Part shown: positions 9,212 to 17,046 of the stretch, piece after piece | How the letters are laid out: every line of letters begins with the position of its first letter | How positions within the stretch are numbered: position 1 is the first letter of the stretch | Source: an uncultured Gammaproteobacteria bacterium | GTDB taxonomy: Bacteria > Patescibacteriota > Patescibacteriia > CAIXNZ01 | Assembly (NCBI GenBank): GCA_964531215.1 | Contig: CAZHFK010000001.1 | Location: 1-48,778, forward strand | Length of the DNA stretch: 48,778 nucleotides | Direction of reading: 5' to 3' | The notes under the pieces: model-generated | Told to the model about the DNA's origin: nothing | The model's input: only the letters and a program-made list of their open reading frames with translations | Databases searched by the model: none | Position numbers and translations under genes: made by a program

Positions 9212-10579
9212 ATGCTCGGGGGTAAAATACAATACGATTATCAATTTATGTCAGCTGATAAAGTCGGCCGTTTTGGATTTAAAAAACAGGAATTGGCCAA
9301 ACTAGCTAAAGATTTAAAAAATTTTAATAAAAAAATAAAACAGACTAAAAAAGAGCCGGAATTAAGTTTTTTAAATTTGCCTTATGATAATCAGACTTTA
9401 CGGCAGGTTTTAAAAATAAGCCGTAAATTACCGGCCAAGTTTGATAATTTGGTAGTAGTTGGCATTGGCGGTTCAAGTTTAGGCTCCAAAGCTATTTATC
9501 AGGCTTTAGCCGGTCAGTACGCCAATCAATTGCCCTCAAAATGGCGTAAATTAAAAATTTATTTTAGCGGTAATACAACTGATCCCCGGCCTTTGGCCGA
9601 TTTAATTAAAGTTTTGAATTTAAAGAAAACTGTTTTTTATGTAGTTTCCAAATCAGGCAATACGATTGAAACTTTATCTAATTTTTTATTTTTGCGTAAA
9701 AAAATGATTTGGCAAATGGGCTATAAGAAACATAAAGACCATTTTATTATTACCACTAATACAAAAAAGGGCAGTTTATGGGAAATGGCTCAAAAAGAAG
9801 ATTATTTGGTTTTACCTCATTATTCTGGTGGCGGACGTTATTCAGCTTTATCAGTCAATGGTTTGTTGCCGGTCGCGGCTGCCGGATTTGATATTGAAAG
9901 ACTTTTAGCCGGAGCCAAAGCAATGGTTAGACAAAGTAAAAATAATAAAGTTTATAAAAATTTACCTTTTTTGTTTGCGGCTTTGCAGTATTTAGCCTAT
10001 ACAAAACGTCAACAAAATATTTCAGTTTTAATGCCTTATGCCGATACTTTGTCTGAATTCAGTCAATGGTTCAGACAGTTATGGGCGGAAAGTTTGGCTA
10101 ATAAAGTTAATTTGAAAAATAAAAAAGTAAATCTGGGTATAACGCCTGTTACGGCTTTAGGTCCGACCGATCAGCATTCACAGATACAATTATATATTGA
10201 AGGCCCTTATGATAAGATGATTACTTTTATTAAAGTAGTCAAAACTAAAAATAATTTAAAAGTGCCTAAATATAAAAATACTGATTTGGAATATTTGGCT
10301 GGACATAAGTTTGCTGATATTTTAAATATTGAACATCAGGCAACAGCTGTTTCTTTAATGAAAAATAAACGGCCTAATGGCACGATTATTTTACCGGAAT
10401 TGAACGAATATTGTCTGGGGCAATTGGTTTATTTTTTTGAAATCGCCGCCCTTTATTTGGGAGAATTAATGCAAGTCAATGTTTTTAACCAGCCAGGCGT
10501 AGAACAAAGTAAAAATTATATGCAGGCTTTATTAGGCAAACCTGGTTATGAAAAATATAAAAAGGATATAGTGACTTAG
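9212..10579 (+). CDS. pgi: Glucose-6-phosphate isomerase
   Basis: SIS/PGI motifs VVVGIGGSSLG, VSKSGNTIET, and QHSQIQLYIEG. Confidence 0.9.
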   Translation: MLGGKIQYDYQFMSADKVGRFGFKKQELAKLAKDLKNFNKKIKQTKKEPELSFLNLPYDNQTLRQVLKISRKLPAKFDNLVVVGIGGSSLGSKAIYQALAGQYANQLPSKWRKLKIYFSGNTTDPRPLADLIKVLNLKKTVFYVVSKSGNTIETLSNFLFLRKKMIWQMGYKKHKDHFIITTNTKKGSLWEMAQKEDYLVLPHYSGGGRYSALSVNGLLPVAAAGFDIERLLAGAKAMVRQSKNNKVYKNLPFLFAALQYLAYTKRQQNISVLMPYADTLSEFSQWFRQLWAESLANKVNLKNKKVNLGITPVTALGPTDQHSQIQLYIEGPYDKMITFIKVVKTKNNLKVPKYKNTDLEYLAGHKFADILNIEHQATAVSLMKNKRPNGTIILPELNEYCLGQLVYFFEIAALYLGELMQVNVFNQPGVEQSKNYMQALLGKPGYEKYKKDIVT

Positions 10580-10660
10580 TAATTAGGCATTGGCCAAAAT
10601 TTATAATTTAGTTAAGAAGAATAATAAGAAATAGTAATTAATAAAATAAAGAGAACCGAT

Positions 10661-10690
10661 ATAAGCCGGTTCTTTTTTATTTTGAGCAAT
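10661..10690 (+). terminator. Rho-independent terminator
   Basis: Hairpin AGAACCG-N8-CGGTTCT followed by TTTTT. Confidence 0.7.
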
Positions 10691-11032
10691 ATTTATAAAA
10701 ATTTATTTTAGTCAATTCTGATTTTATTTTTTTTCAATGAATTAAGTTGTTTTTTAATTAAGCCCAAATTAATTTTATAATTTTTAGTTATTGCCGTATG
10801 GGGATCGGCAAGAAGTATTGGCGTTATTTTTGAGGGCATATAATAATATTATTTTTTAAAATGATAAGAAAAGTATATATATTATGCCATATAGCTGCTT
10901 GCGACTCTTGTCAAAAATAAAAATTAATGCTATAATAGTTTCATATTGTTTAAAGTTTAGATTAAGATAAATTAGAATATGTAGTTCGTATATACTATAC
11001 TCACTGCATAAATTTTTACATTAGTAAAAATT

Positions 11033-11078
11033 TATGGGGGCGTAGCTCCTGCCTTCGCTAAAGCTTCGGCAGGCAGGC
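11033..11078. repeat. Left arm of an inverted repeat flanking tRNA-Asp; contains a 13-nt copy of the tRNA 5' end
   Basis: TATGGGGGCGTAGCTCCTGCCTTCGCTAAAGCTTCGGCAGGCAGG. Its reverse complement matches 11299-11338. GGGGGCGTAGCTC at 11036-11048 equals 11149-11161. Confidence 0.7.
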
Positions 11079-11148
11079 ATCAAGATTTTATGGGTGCCTG
11101 GGTACTAACCAACTTCGCTTTCTAATTATTAAAATTGAATATCTACTT

Positions 11149-11222
11149 GGGGGCGTAGCTCAGTTGGTTAGAGCGCTTGCCTGTCACGCAAGAGGTCGCG
11201 AGTTCGAGTCTCGTCGTCCCCG
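11149..11222 (+). tRNA. tRNA-Asp (anticodon GTC)
   Basis: Manual cloverleaf. The 7-bp acceptor is GGGGGCG/CGTCCCC, the D arm is GCTC..GAGC, and the anticodon stem CTTGC/GCAAG carries loop CTGTCAC. The T arm has TTCGAGT and the discriminator is G. CC is encoded but not the full CCA. The ends are good to about +/-2 nt. Confidence 0.88.
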
Positions 11223-11298
11223 CCTCCGCTTTTTCTCGTTTTACTCGAAAAAGCTTCGGCGGGCCTTTATGGCCCGCTTTTGTGTTGTAAATAAAAAG

Positions 11299-11338
11299 CG
11301 GAGCTCGCCGTAGCTTTAGCGAAGGCGAGCACCCCATA
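11299..11338. repeat. Right arm of the inverted repeat flanking tRNA-Asp
   Basis: GGAGCTCGCCGTAGCTTTAGCGAAGGCGAGCACCCCATA is complementary to 11033-11078, with the core CTTCGCTAAAGCT shared. Confidence 0.7.
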
Positions 11339-11356
11339 ATATGATATACTTTAATT

Positions 11357-11596
11357 ATGTACTACGTTTATATCTTAAAATCTCTAAAAGACAATGGCCG
11401 TTATACTGGCTATACAACTGACATCGATGACCGTTTAACCGGACATTTTAAAGGTCAGGTAACTGCAACTAAAAATAGACTGCCCTTAGAATTAGTAGTC
11501 TATTTTACATTTTCTGATAAATCAAAAGCTACAAAGTTTGAACGCTATTTAAAAACAGGTTCAGGTAGAGCTTTTATAAATAAACATTTTATATAA
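11357..11596 (+). CDS. GIY-YIG nuclease family protein (short, UPF0213-like)
   Basis: MYYVYILKS...GRYTGYT......R...H motif. 79 aa. Confidence 0.85.
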   Translation: MYYVYILKSLKDNGRYTGYTTDIDDRLTGHFKGQVTATKNRLPLELVVYFTFSDKSKATKFERYLKTGSGRAFINKHFI

Positions 11597-11637
11597 GGAA
11601 AATCGTCATTACGGCGATTTTTTGTTATAATGATTTT

Positions 11638-12174
11638 ATGATAATATTTTTAATTGGTCCAGGTGGTGTGGGCAAAACAACAAGTGGCAAAATATTTGCA
11701 GATAAATTAAAATATCAATTCTTAGATTTGGATGAAGAATTTTGTAAAAGAAATGAGATAATCGGCGAATTTATAAACAAATATGGTTATAAGTCTTATT
11801 GTAAAAAAAACTCAAGTTTATTTTTTCAATTGGTAGAGAATTGCAAAGAAGAAAATACTGTATTTGTATTATCCTCTGGATTTTTAGTACACGAAGGTTT
11901 AAACTCGTTAACTCAAAAACATTTAAAAGCTTTAAAAAATCATGGGTTTTCAATTTGTCTTTTGCCAAATAAAGATAAAAAAATAGCGTCAGAGATAGTT
12001 GTTAATAGACAGTTAAAAAGAGGTTTTGGATTAAATAAAAATAGAGAAAAACAAAAATTTAATAGTCGTTATGATAAATATAAAAAGTTAGGAGATATTG
12101 TATTTTTTTCATCTGATAACCCAGAAAATATTGCAAAAATAATGTTAAATAATAGTTCCAACATAGCCAACTAG
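11638..12174 (+). CDS. Shikimate-kinase-like P-loop NTPase
   Basis: Walker A GPGGVGKTT and a DLDEEF segment laid out as in AroK. The GGG motif is replaced by SSGF, so the true substrate is uncertain. TATAAT lies 6 nt before the ATG, so the mRNA is probably leaderless. Confidence 0.6.
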   Translation: MIIFLIGPGGVGKTTSGKIFADKLKYQFLDLDEEFCKRNEIIGEFINKYGYKSYCKKNSSLFFQLVENCKEENTVFVLSSGFLVHEGLNSLTQKHLKALKNHGFSICLLPNKDKKIASEIVVNRQLKRGFGLNKNREKQKFNSRYDKYKKLGDIVFFSSDNPENIAKIMLNNSSNIAN

Positions 12175-12223
12175 TCCCCGCAAAATCCGGGAAGTTTTCT
12201 CGGTTTTTTGATATAATGAAAAT

Positions 12224-12772
12224 ATGAAAAAAGGGTCACATACAATAATTGTTCCATATAATAATCAATGGGAAGATAAATATTTAAAAGAAAAAAATTC
12301 TCTTTTAGATTTGCTTGGTGATAAAATTATTAATATTGAACATATCGGAAGCACATCAGTTAAAGGCTTATCTTCAAAGCCCATTATTGATATTGTTACT
12401 ATTATTAAAAATTTTGAGCCAGCTAAAAATTTTAATAAAATTCTGAAGGATTTAGGATATAAATTTCACTCTTCAAGTACTGAAAGACATTTTTATAGAA
12501 AAGGTGAACCAATAAGTTATCATCTTTCAATCGCTTTTTCTAATAAAGGTGGGTTTTGGGTTAGGCAAATTTTATTTAGAGACTATTTAAGGAAGAATGA
12601 TGACGCAAGAGAAGAATATCAAAAATTAAAAAAAAGATTATTAAAAAATGACCCGACTGGAGTTAATGATTATTTTGCTGGTAAAGATGTTTTTGTAAAA
12701 AAAATATTAAAATTAGCAGGATGGAAAGAGAATCAAACATATTCTGAATATGTAAAAAAAACTAACAAATAG
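12224..12772 (+). CDS. GrpB family protein (nucleotidyltransferase-fold, UPF0157)
   Basis: IEHIGSTSVKGLSSKPIIDI and the later RDYLR...Y..LK pattern are typical of GrpB. Confidence 0.8.
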   Translation: MKKGSHTIIVPYNNQWEDKYLKEKNSLLDLLGDKIINIEHIGSTSVKGLSSKPIIDIVTIIKNFEPAKNFNKILKDLGYKFHSSSTERHFYRKGEPISYHLSIAFSNKGGFWVRQILFRDYLRKNDDAREEYQKLKKRLLKNDPTGVNDYFAGKDVFVKKILKLAGWKENQTYSEYVKKTNK

Positions 12773-12868
12773 TTCCAACATAGTCAACCCTTCGGCTTTG
12801 CTCAGGGCAGGCTAAACCCCGCACAAACGCAAAATTGTGTTGTAATGACCTGTTTTTTGTTTTGACAA
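12770..12868 (+). repeat. ~100-bp repeat element, copy 1 (begins TAGTTCCAACATAGTCAACCC, ends TTTTGTTTTGACAA)
   Basis: About 85-90% identical by eye to 14552-14653. The first TAG is the stop codon of the upstream ORF. Confidence 0.8.
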
Positions 12869-12888
12869 ATATCATTTAATATAAATAT

Positions 12889-13149
12889 ATGGAAAATAAT
12901 GATAAAAAAGAAATTTTAGAAGCGCTATCAGGTTTTGCTCAGAATACACAAGATCAATTTGATAGTGTAAATAATCGAATTGACAATTTGACAGAAAGCT
13001 TTACTACACTACAAAAATCTGTTGATACTTATGCTAAGTGAGCAGAAACAATATTTGAAGAACTAGTGTCAGTTAATAATACCATTAAACGTCATGAAAA
13101 ATGGTTTGAGCAAATTGCTAAGAAACTTGATATTAAACTTGAGCATTAA
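12889..13149 (+). pseudogene. Small coiled-coil protein paralog interrupted by an in-frame TGA
   Basis: Translation is MENNDKKEILEAL...SVDTYAK*AETIFEEL...IAKKLDIKLEH. It is colinear with the intact 47104-47349 product, and the TGA at 13039-13041 aligns with a Lys codon there. Confidence 0.6.
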
Positions 13150-13243
13150 TTTTTTATTTTATTTAAAATAATAATAAGAAGTATCGCTAGTTTTAGCGAT
13201 ACTTTTTGTTATGCTGATAAGACGGCTGGAACTTTGAGTAATA

Positions 13244-13354
13244 GAATTAGTAGTTTATTTTACATTTTCTAATAAATCTAAAGCTACTAAATTTGAACGC
13301 TATCTTAAAACAGGTTCCGGACGGGCTTATATTAAAAAACACTTTTTGAGTTAG
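13244..13354 (+). pseudogene. 3' remnant of a GIY-YIG gene
   Basis: It encodes ELVVYFTFSNKSKATKFERYLKTGSGRAYIKKHFLS, colinear with the C-terminus of 11357-11596. There is no start codon or N-terminal half. It is flanked by 17-nt direct repeats at 13220-13236 and 13378-13394. Confidence 0.8.
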
Positions 13355-13436
13355 CCGTTTTATTGATAGGGCCTAGGAGACGGTTGGAACTCTGCTGGAA
13401 TAACTACCAGTTTTATGGTATAATATAAATAGAAGT

Positions 13437-14286
13437 ATGGTAAAAAAAATTATCAATTTTATAATATTACTAATATTAGTTGTAATATCTAACTATGCTG
13501 ATTTAGTGTTCCCTCAAATTGATTTAAAAAACTTTTTTTATACATCTATTGCCTTAACAATGTGTTATTTAGTATTTGAAATTTTTCTTAACGGGATAAT
13601 AAAAAATAGAATAGATGATGATAAATTACAGTATTCCTTTAAAAAAACAGTTGATATTTTATTTTTAACTATTTTTGCCGTAATAACATTGAGAATTTGG
13701 ATAGTAAATCCACGTTAATGATAGGATAGAAATACATAATAAATGCGGTGATGTAATTGATATTGGTATTTTATATACAACGATATTTGAAATTAAAGAA
13801 TGGGTCGGGGGTGACCAGCCAACAGGAAGGATAACTAAAATACCAAATGGTTTGGTACTTTTTAATAGTGTCAATAATTATACTCAAGACCATAATTTTA
13901 TCTGGGATGAGATAGAAATAGTATTAACATATAACAGTAACTGGCAAAAAGCTATAAAACAAATATTAAAAATAATTGACAAGGATACTCTAAAGTTTGA
14001 GGAATTAGCTAAAAAAGGAATTAAAAAATTAAAACAAAGATATTATTTAACAAAAAAAGAGTTAAAACCACAAGCATTTTTAAGCATTACAGAGAATTGG
14101 ATTGCGCTGTCATTTCGCTACTTAACAGATGCTAAGCAGCGTAGACAGATAAAGCACGATTTATCCTTTAAAATTTTAAAAATGATTGAAAAATCCAAAG
14201 ATATGGAAATTTCCTCATCAACATCAATAATTAATATAACGTCTTTTCCAGAATTAAAAATAAAAAATTATGCAAGAAAAAAATAA
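13437..14286 (+). pseudogene. MscS-family mechanosensitive channel, disrupted
   Basis: The TM part is in frame 3 (13437-13718). The beta-domain part (DRIEIHNKCGDVIDIGILYTTIFEIKEW..GRITKIPNG.V..N.V.NY) is in frame 1, open only from 13708. The pore-helix linker is missing. Confidence 0.7.
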
Positions 14287-14554
14287 AATTATTTTATTAG
14301 TTATTGTAGTGCTTGTATTGATAGGTTTAGTGGCTTATTTTTATTTTTGGTATCAGGATACAAACAATTTAAGAAAACAGTCAAAAGCACAAATCAATAA
14401 GGCGCAACAATTCGACGTTTTATCTGAAGAAATTAGTCAAGAGAAAGAAAGATGCCAGCAGTTTATTAATCAGGAAAGCGGGCAATTCGAAGAATTCCAA
14501 TACTGCCAAAAATTTATTCAATGGCAGAACACGCTGAATATCCTTAAACCATAG
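14270..14554 (+). CDS. Small membrane-anchored hypothetical protein
   Basis: One N-terminal TM helix. The stop TAG is the first TAG of repeat copy 2. Confidence 0.4.
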   Translation: MQEKNKIILLVIVVLVLIGLVAYFYFWYQDTNNLRKQSKAQINKAQQFDVLSEEISQEKERCQQFINQESGQFEEFQYCQKFIQWQNTLNILKP

Positions 14555-14653
14555 TTCCAACATAGTCAACCCTTCTTCGGCTACGCTCAGAGTAGGCTAA
14601 ACCTCGCACAAACGCAAAATCAGGTTATAATGGCCTGTTTTTTGTTTTGACAA
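14552..14653 (+). repeat. ~100-bp repeat element, copy 2
   Basis: TAGTTCCAACATAGTCAACCCTTCTTCGGCTACGCTCAGAGTAGGCTAAACCTCGCACAAACGCAAAA...TTTTGTTTTGACAA. Confidence 0.8.
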
Positions 14654-14699
14654 TATTTTTTGAATTGTTATATTATAAATATAATAAATTATTTTATAT

Positions 14700-14876
14700 A
14701 TGTTAGAAGATAAAGATATAGAAAAATTAACACAAGTTTTTGCAACAAAAGAAGAAATTAAGTCAATGATTGAGCCACTAGCAACAAAAGAAGTTTTTTT
14801 AGAGTTACAAAACTCAGTAGATGATTATGCCAAGAAAGCCGATACTTAAAAAGTAGATATTGAGTTAACTACTTAG
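14700..14876 (+). pseudogene. Small coiled-coil protein paralog with an internal deletion creating TAA
   Basis: MLEDKDIEKLTQVFATKEE...DDYAKKADT* is followed in frame by KVDIELTT*. The middle segment present in 47104-47349 is absent. Confidence 0.65.
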
Positions 14877-15145
14877 TTTATATTCAAATAACTTTTAAAC
14901 AGTCCGGGAAATTTTTTCGGTTTTTTTTTATAATATAAGTATAATATTTAAAATATAATTTTATTAAAAAACCTCTTTGATATCATCGCCGAGGTTTAAT
15001 GAGCAGTTATTAATAGTCCAAGGAGCAAGAAAATTATAATTACAGCCGGTGAAAAATTATTTACCACCTGGTTATTGGTTTTTTATCAAGTTTTTCAGTA
15101 GCCTTAACCGAATATTTACGAATATGATGACTGTTATTATAAATT

Positions 15146-15316
15146 TTAGTCCTTTTTATTTAAGTCTGAAATTTTTGGTATTGCATAAATAAATCCAGTG
15201 ACAGAATAAATAAAGCTAAAAATAAATAGCCAGGTCATCCAGGCCGAAATTTCATAAGCGACCGGTATGGCTAAATAGGAAATGATGGCCAGAAGTAAAT
15301 AACCAATCATTATCAT
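15146..15316 (-). CDS. Small (56 aa) two-TM membrane protein, below the ORF-track cutoff
   Basis: On the minus strand there is TTGACA (15367-15372 on plus), 17 nt, TAAATT, then AAAGGAGGTG 7 nt before the ATG. The product is MIMIGYLLLAIISYLAIPVAYEISAWMTWLFIFSFIYSVTGFIYAIPKISDLNKKD. Confidence 0.55.
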   Translation of the reverse strand: MIMIGYLLLAIISYLAIPVAYEISAWMTWLFIFSFIYSVTGFIYAIPKISDLNKKD

Positions 15317-15386
15317 TGTTAGCACCTCCTTTTTTAATTTAATAATTTATCAAATATAATTATTTTTGTCAATTGTTTATATTAAA

Positions 15387-15420
15387 GAGGGGGCGCGGCT
15401 TTTTTAAGCCGCGCCCCCTC
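15387..15420. terminator. Strong GC hairpin terminator downstream of rplT
   Basis: GAGGGGGCGCGGC-TTTTTTAA-GCCGCGCCCCCTC, with T-rich flanks on both strands. Confidence 0.75.
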
Positions 15421-15439
15421 TTTGTAATATTTGAAGTTT

Positions 15440-15910
15440 TTATTTTTTTAATGTAGTTTTTTTAGGTTTTGTTTCTTTTTTGACTGGTTTGGCTGATTCC
15501 TTTGAGGTTGATTTACTGGTAGTTTTTGCGGTTTGAGATTTAGAATCTTCTGTGCTGACTTTAGTCCCTTTAATTTCTTTAATAATTGCTGCAAAAATTT
15601 TGGGATGATTTACAGCTAAATCAGCTAAAATTTTACGATCAATTTCAATTTTATTATCTTTTAAAGCTTTGATAAATTTTGAATAAGTTAAACCGTGTTC
15701 ACGTACAGCCGCATTAATCCTTATTTGCCATAAACGTCTCATTTGACCTTTTTTCTTGTGTCTGTCTTGCTGGGCGTGCTGGCCGGCTTTAAGCATGGCA
15801 GTTTTTCCTAAACGCACACTGGATTTTCGGCCCCATTTATAACCTTTGGTCGCTTTTCTGATTTTGCGCCTTTTTTTAAGATGAACTTTGGCTCTTTTTA
15901 CTCGTGGCAT
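15440..15910 (-). CDS. rplT: 50S ribosomal protein L20 with a Lys/Ser/Thr-rich C-terminal extension
   Basis: MPRVKRAKVHLKKRRK...GYKWGR...RRLWQIRINAA matches L20. About 40 extra residues at the C-terminus. Confidence 0.93.
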   Translation of the reverse strand: MPRVKRAKVHLKKRRKIRKATKGYKWGRKSSVRLGKTAMLKAGQHAQQDRHKKKGQMRRLWQIRINAAVREHGLTYSKFIKALKDNKIEIDRKILADLAVNHPKIFAAIIKEIKGTKVSTEDSKSQTAKTTSKSTSKESAKPVKKETKPKKTTLKK

Positions 15911-15962
15911 ATATGTTGGTAACTAGTAATTAGTAATTGGTTATTTGTAAATGATAATTGGT

Positions 15963-16166
15963 TTATTGTTTATGATAAGGTAAAAATTCTTTAATGGTTT
16001 TTCTATTTGCTTTGTCCACTCTTTCATAGCCTCTTTTGCCGCGAGTTTTATCACCAGATTCTCGAGCATTAAAATGATCCTGCCCAGCATGTTTGCGCAT
16101 TAATTTATTTTTTTTAGTTAATTTATATCTTTTTGCGATACTTTTACGTGTTTTTAATTTTGGCAT
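15963..16166 (-). CDS. rpmI: 50S ribosomal protein L35
   Basis: MPKLKTRKSIAKRYKLTKKNK matches L35. ATG 16166 is preferred to the upstream alternative start. Confidence 0.9.
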   Translation of the reverse strand: MPKLKTRKSIAKRYKLTKKNKLMRKHAGQDHFNARESGDKTRGKRGYERVDKANRKTIKEFLPYHKQ

Positions 16167-16288
16167 ATTGATTAATGACAAATTGCTAATAGTAAAATAG
16201 TTTTATTTTTAGCTATAAGCTATTTGCGATTTTATAAAATAAATCCCTCAATGGATTTAGTATTTGAATTTTAGCTTATTTGATTAAA

Positions 16289-16939
16289 TTAGTCAAGCTT
16301 TGCTTGTTCTTCTGTTTCTGTTTGCTTGGTTTCTTTTTTCTTATTTTGTTCTTTTTCTTTGGGTATTTCTGGGGATTTATTGCTGGGAAAAACAATAGCC
16401 ACAATTTTATTACCTTGCTTTTTCGGCGCTTGTTCTATTTCTATTTCAGTTATTTGACTATTAATAGTATTGATAAAATCATTAATTATTTCCTTGGCCA
16501 GTTCCGGATGCTGTCTTTCACGGCCTTTTAAAATAATTTCAATATTAATTTTATCACCACGTTTTAAAAATTTATCGGCTTGTTTTAGACGAAACTCAAG
16601 ATCGTGCTTGCCGATTCTGGGGGATAATCTAATATCCTTGACCTCGGTTTTTCTTTGCTGTGATTTTTGTTTTTTAGCAGATTTTTCCTGCTGATATTTA
16701 AAATTACCATAATTCAAAAAACGAGCAACAGGCGGCTGAGCTTTCGGGGAGACAGCAACTAGATCAAGCTCTCTTTCTTTTGCCATATCGATTGCTTGTT
16801 TGGTTGGAAAAACACCCAGCATTTGTCCTTCTTCATCAATTACTCGCACCTCTGGCGATCTGATTTTTTCATTAAAAGGATAAATTTCTTGAGCTTGTTT
16901 TTTTTGACTTTGTTTTTTTCTAAATCTGATTCTTTTCAA
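16289..16939 (-). CDS. infC: Translation initiation factor IF-3 with basic N- and K/E-rich C-terminal extensions
   Basis: INEKIRSPEVRVIDEEG...DLV.VSP.A.PPV...NYGNFKY and the C-domain KHDLEFRLKQADKFL..GDK match IF-3. The TTG start at 16939 fits the non-AUG starts common for infC. Confidence 0.9.
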   Translation of the reverse strand: MKRIRFRKKQSQKKQAQEIYPFNEKIRSPEVRVIDEEGQMLGVFPTKQAIDMAKERELDLVAVSPKAQPPVARFLNYGNFKYQQEKSAKKQKSQQRKTEVKDIRLSPRIGKHDLEFRLKQADKFLKRGDKINIEIILKGRERQHPELAKEIINDFINTINSQITEIEIEQAPKKQGNKIVAIVFPSNKSPEIPKEKEQNKKKETKQTETEEQAKLD

Positions 16940-17046
16940 GATAGTAAAATTTAATAATTAATTGATACTTCCTCGCTTCGTTTGTCAGTTCCTTCGCTTG
17001 AAGTGTTAAAGACATCCTGAGCCATCAACGAAGTTAAGGCAAAGTG

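Noticed and set aside
10708-10839. A 43-aa minus-strand ORF (MPSKITPILLADPHTAITKNYKINLGLIKKQLNSLKKNKIRID) in the pgi / tRNA-Asp spacer.
   Set aside because: It has no SD, no recognisable domain, and a length below anything I can support from sequence alone.
11143-11337. ORF 11143-11337(-) overlapping tRNA-Asp.
   Set aside because: It is antisense to a well-formed tRNA and to GC-rich hairpin repeats. It is a by-product of locally GC-rich sequence.
13039-13041. The in-frame TGA could signal a UGA-recoding genetic code (code 4 or 25, as in some CPR lineages).
   Set aside because: TGA terminates clearly full-length genes here, including ppsA at 6805-6807, the four-helix-bundle gene at 4378-4380, the GT4 gene at 35047-35049 and island genes at 26092-26094. 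The family also has another copy inactivated by a different lesion. A pseudogene is the simpler reading.
16280-16694. Plus-strand ORFs 16280-16531 and 16470-16694.
   Set aside because: They are antisense to the confidently identified infC gene, and their products are low-complexity F/L/C-rich sequence.
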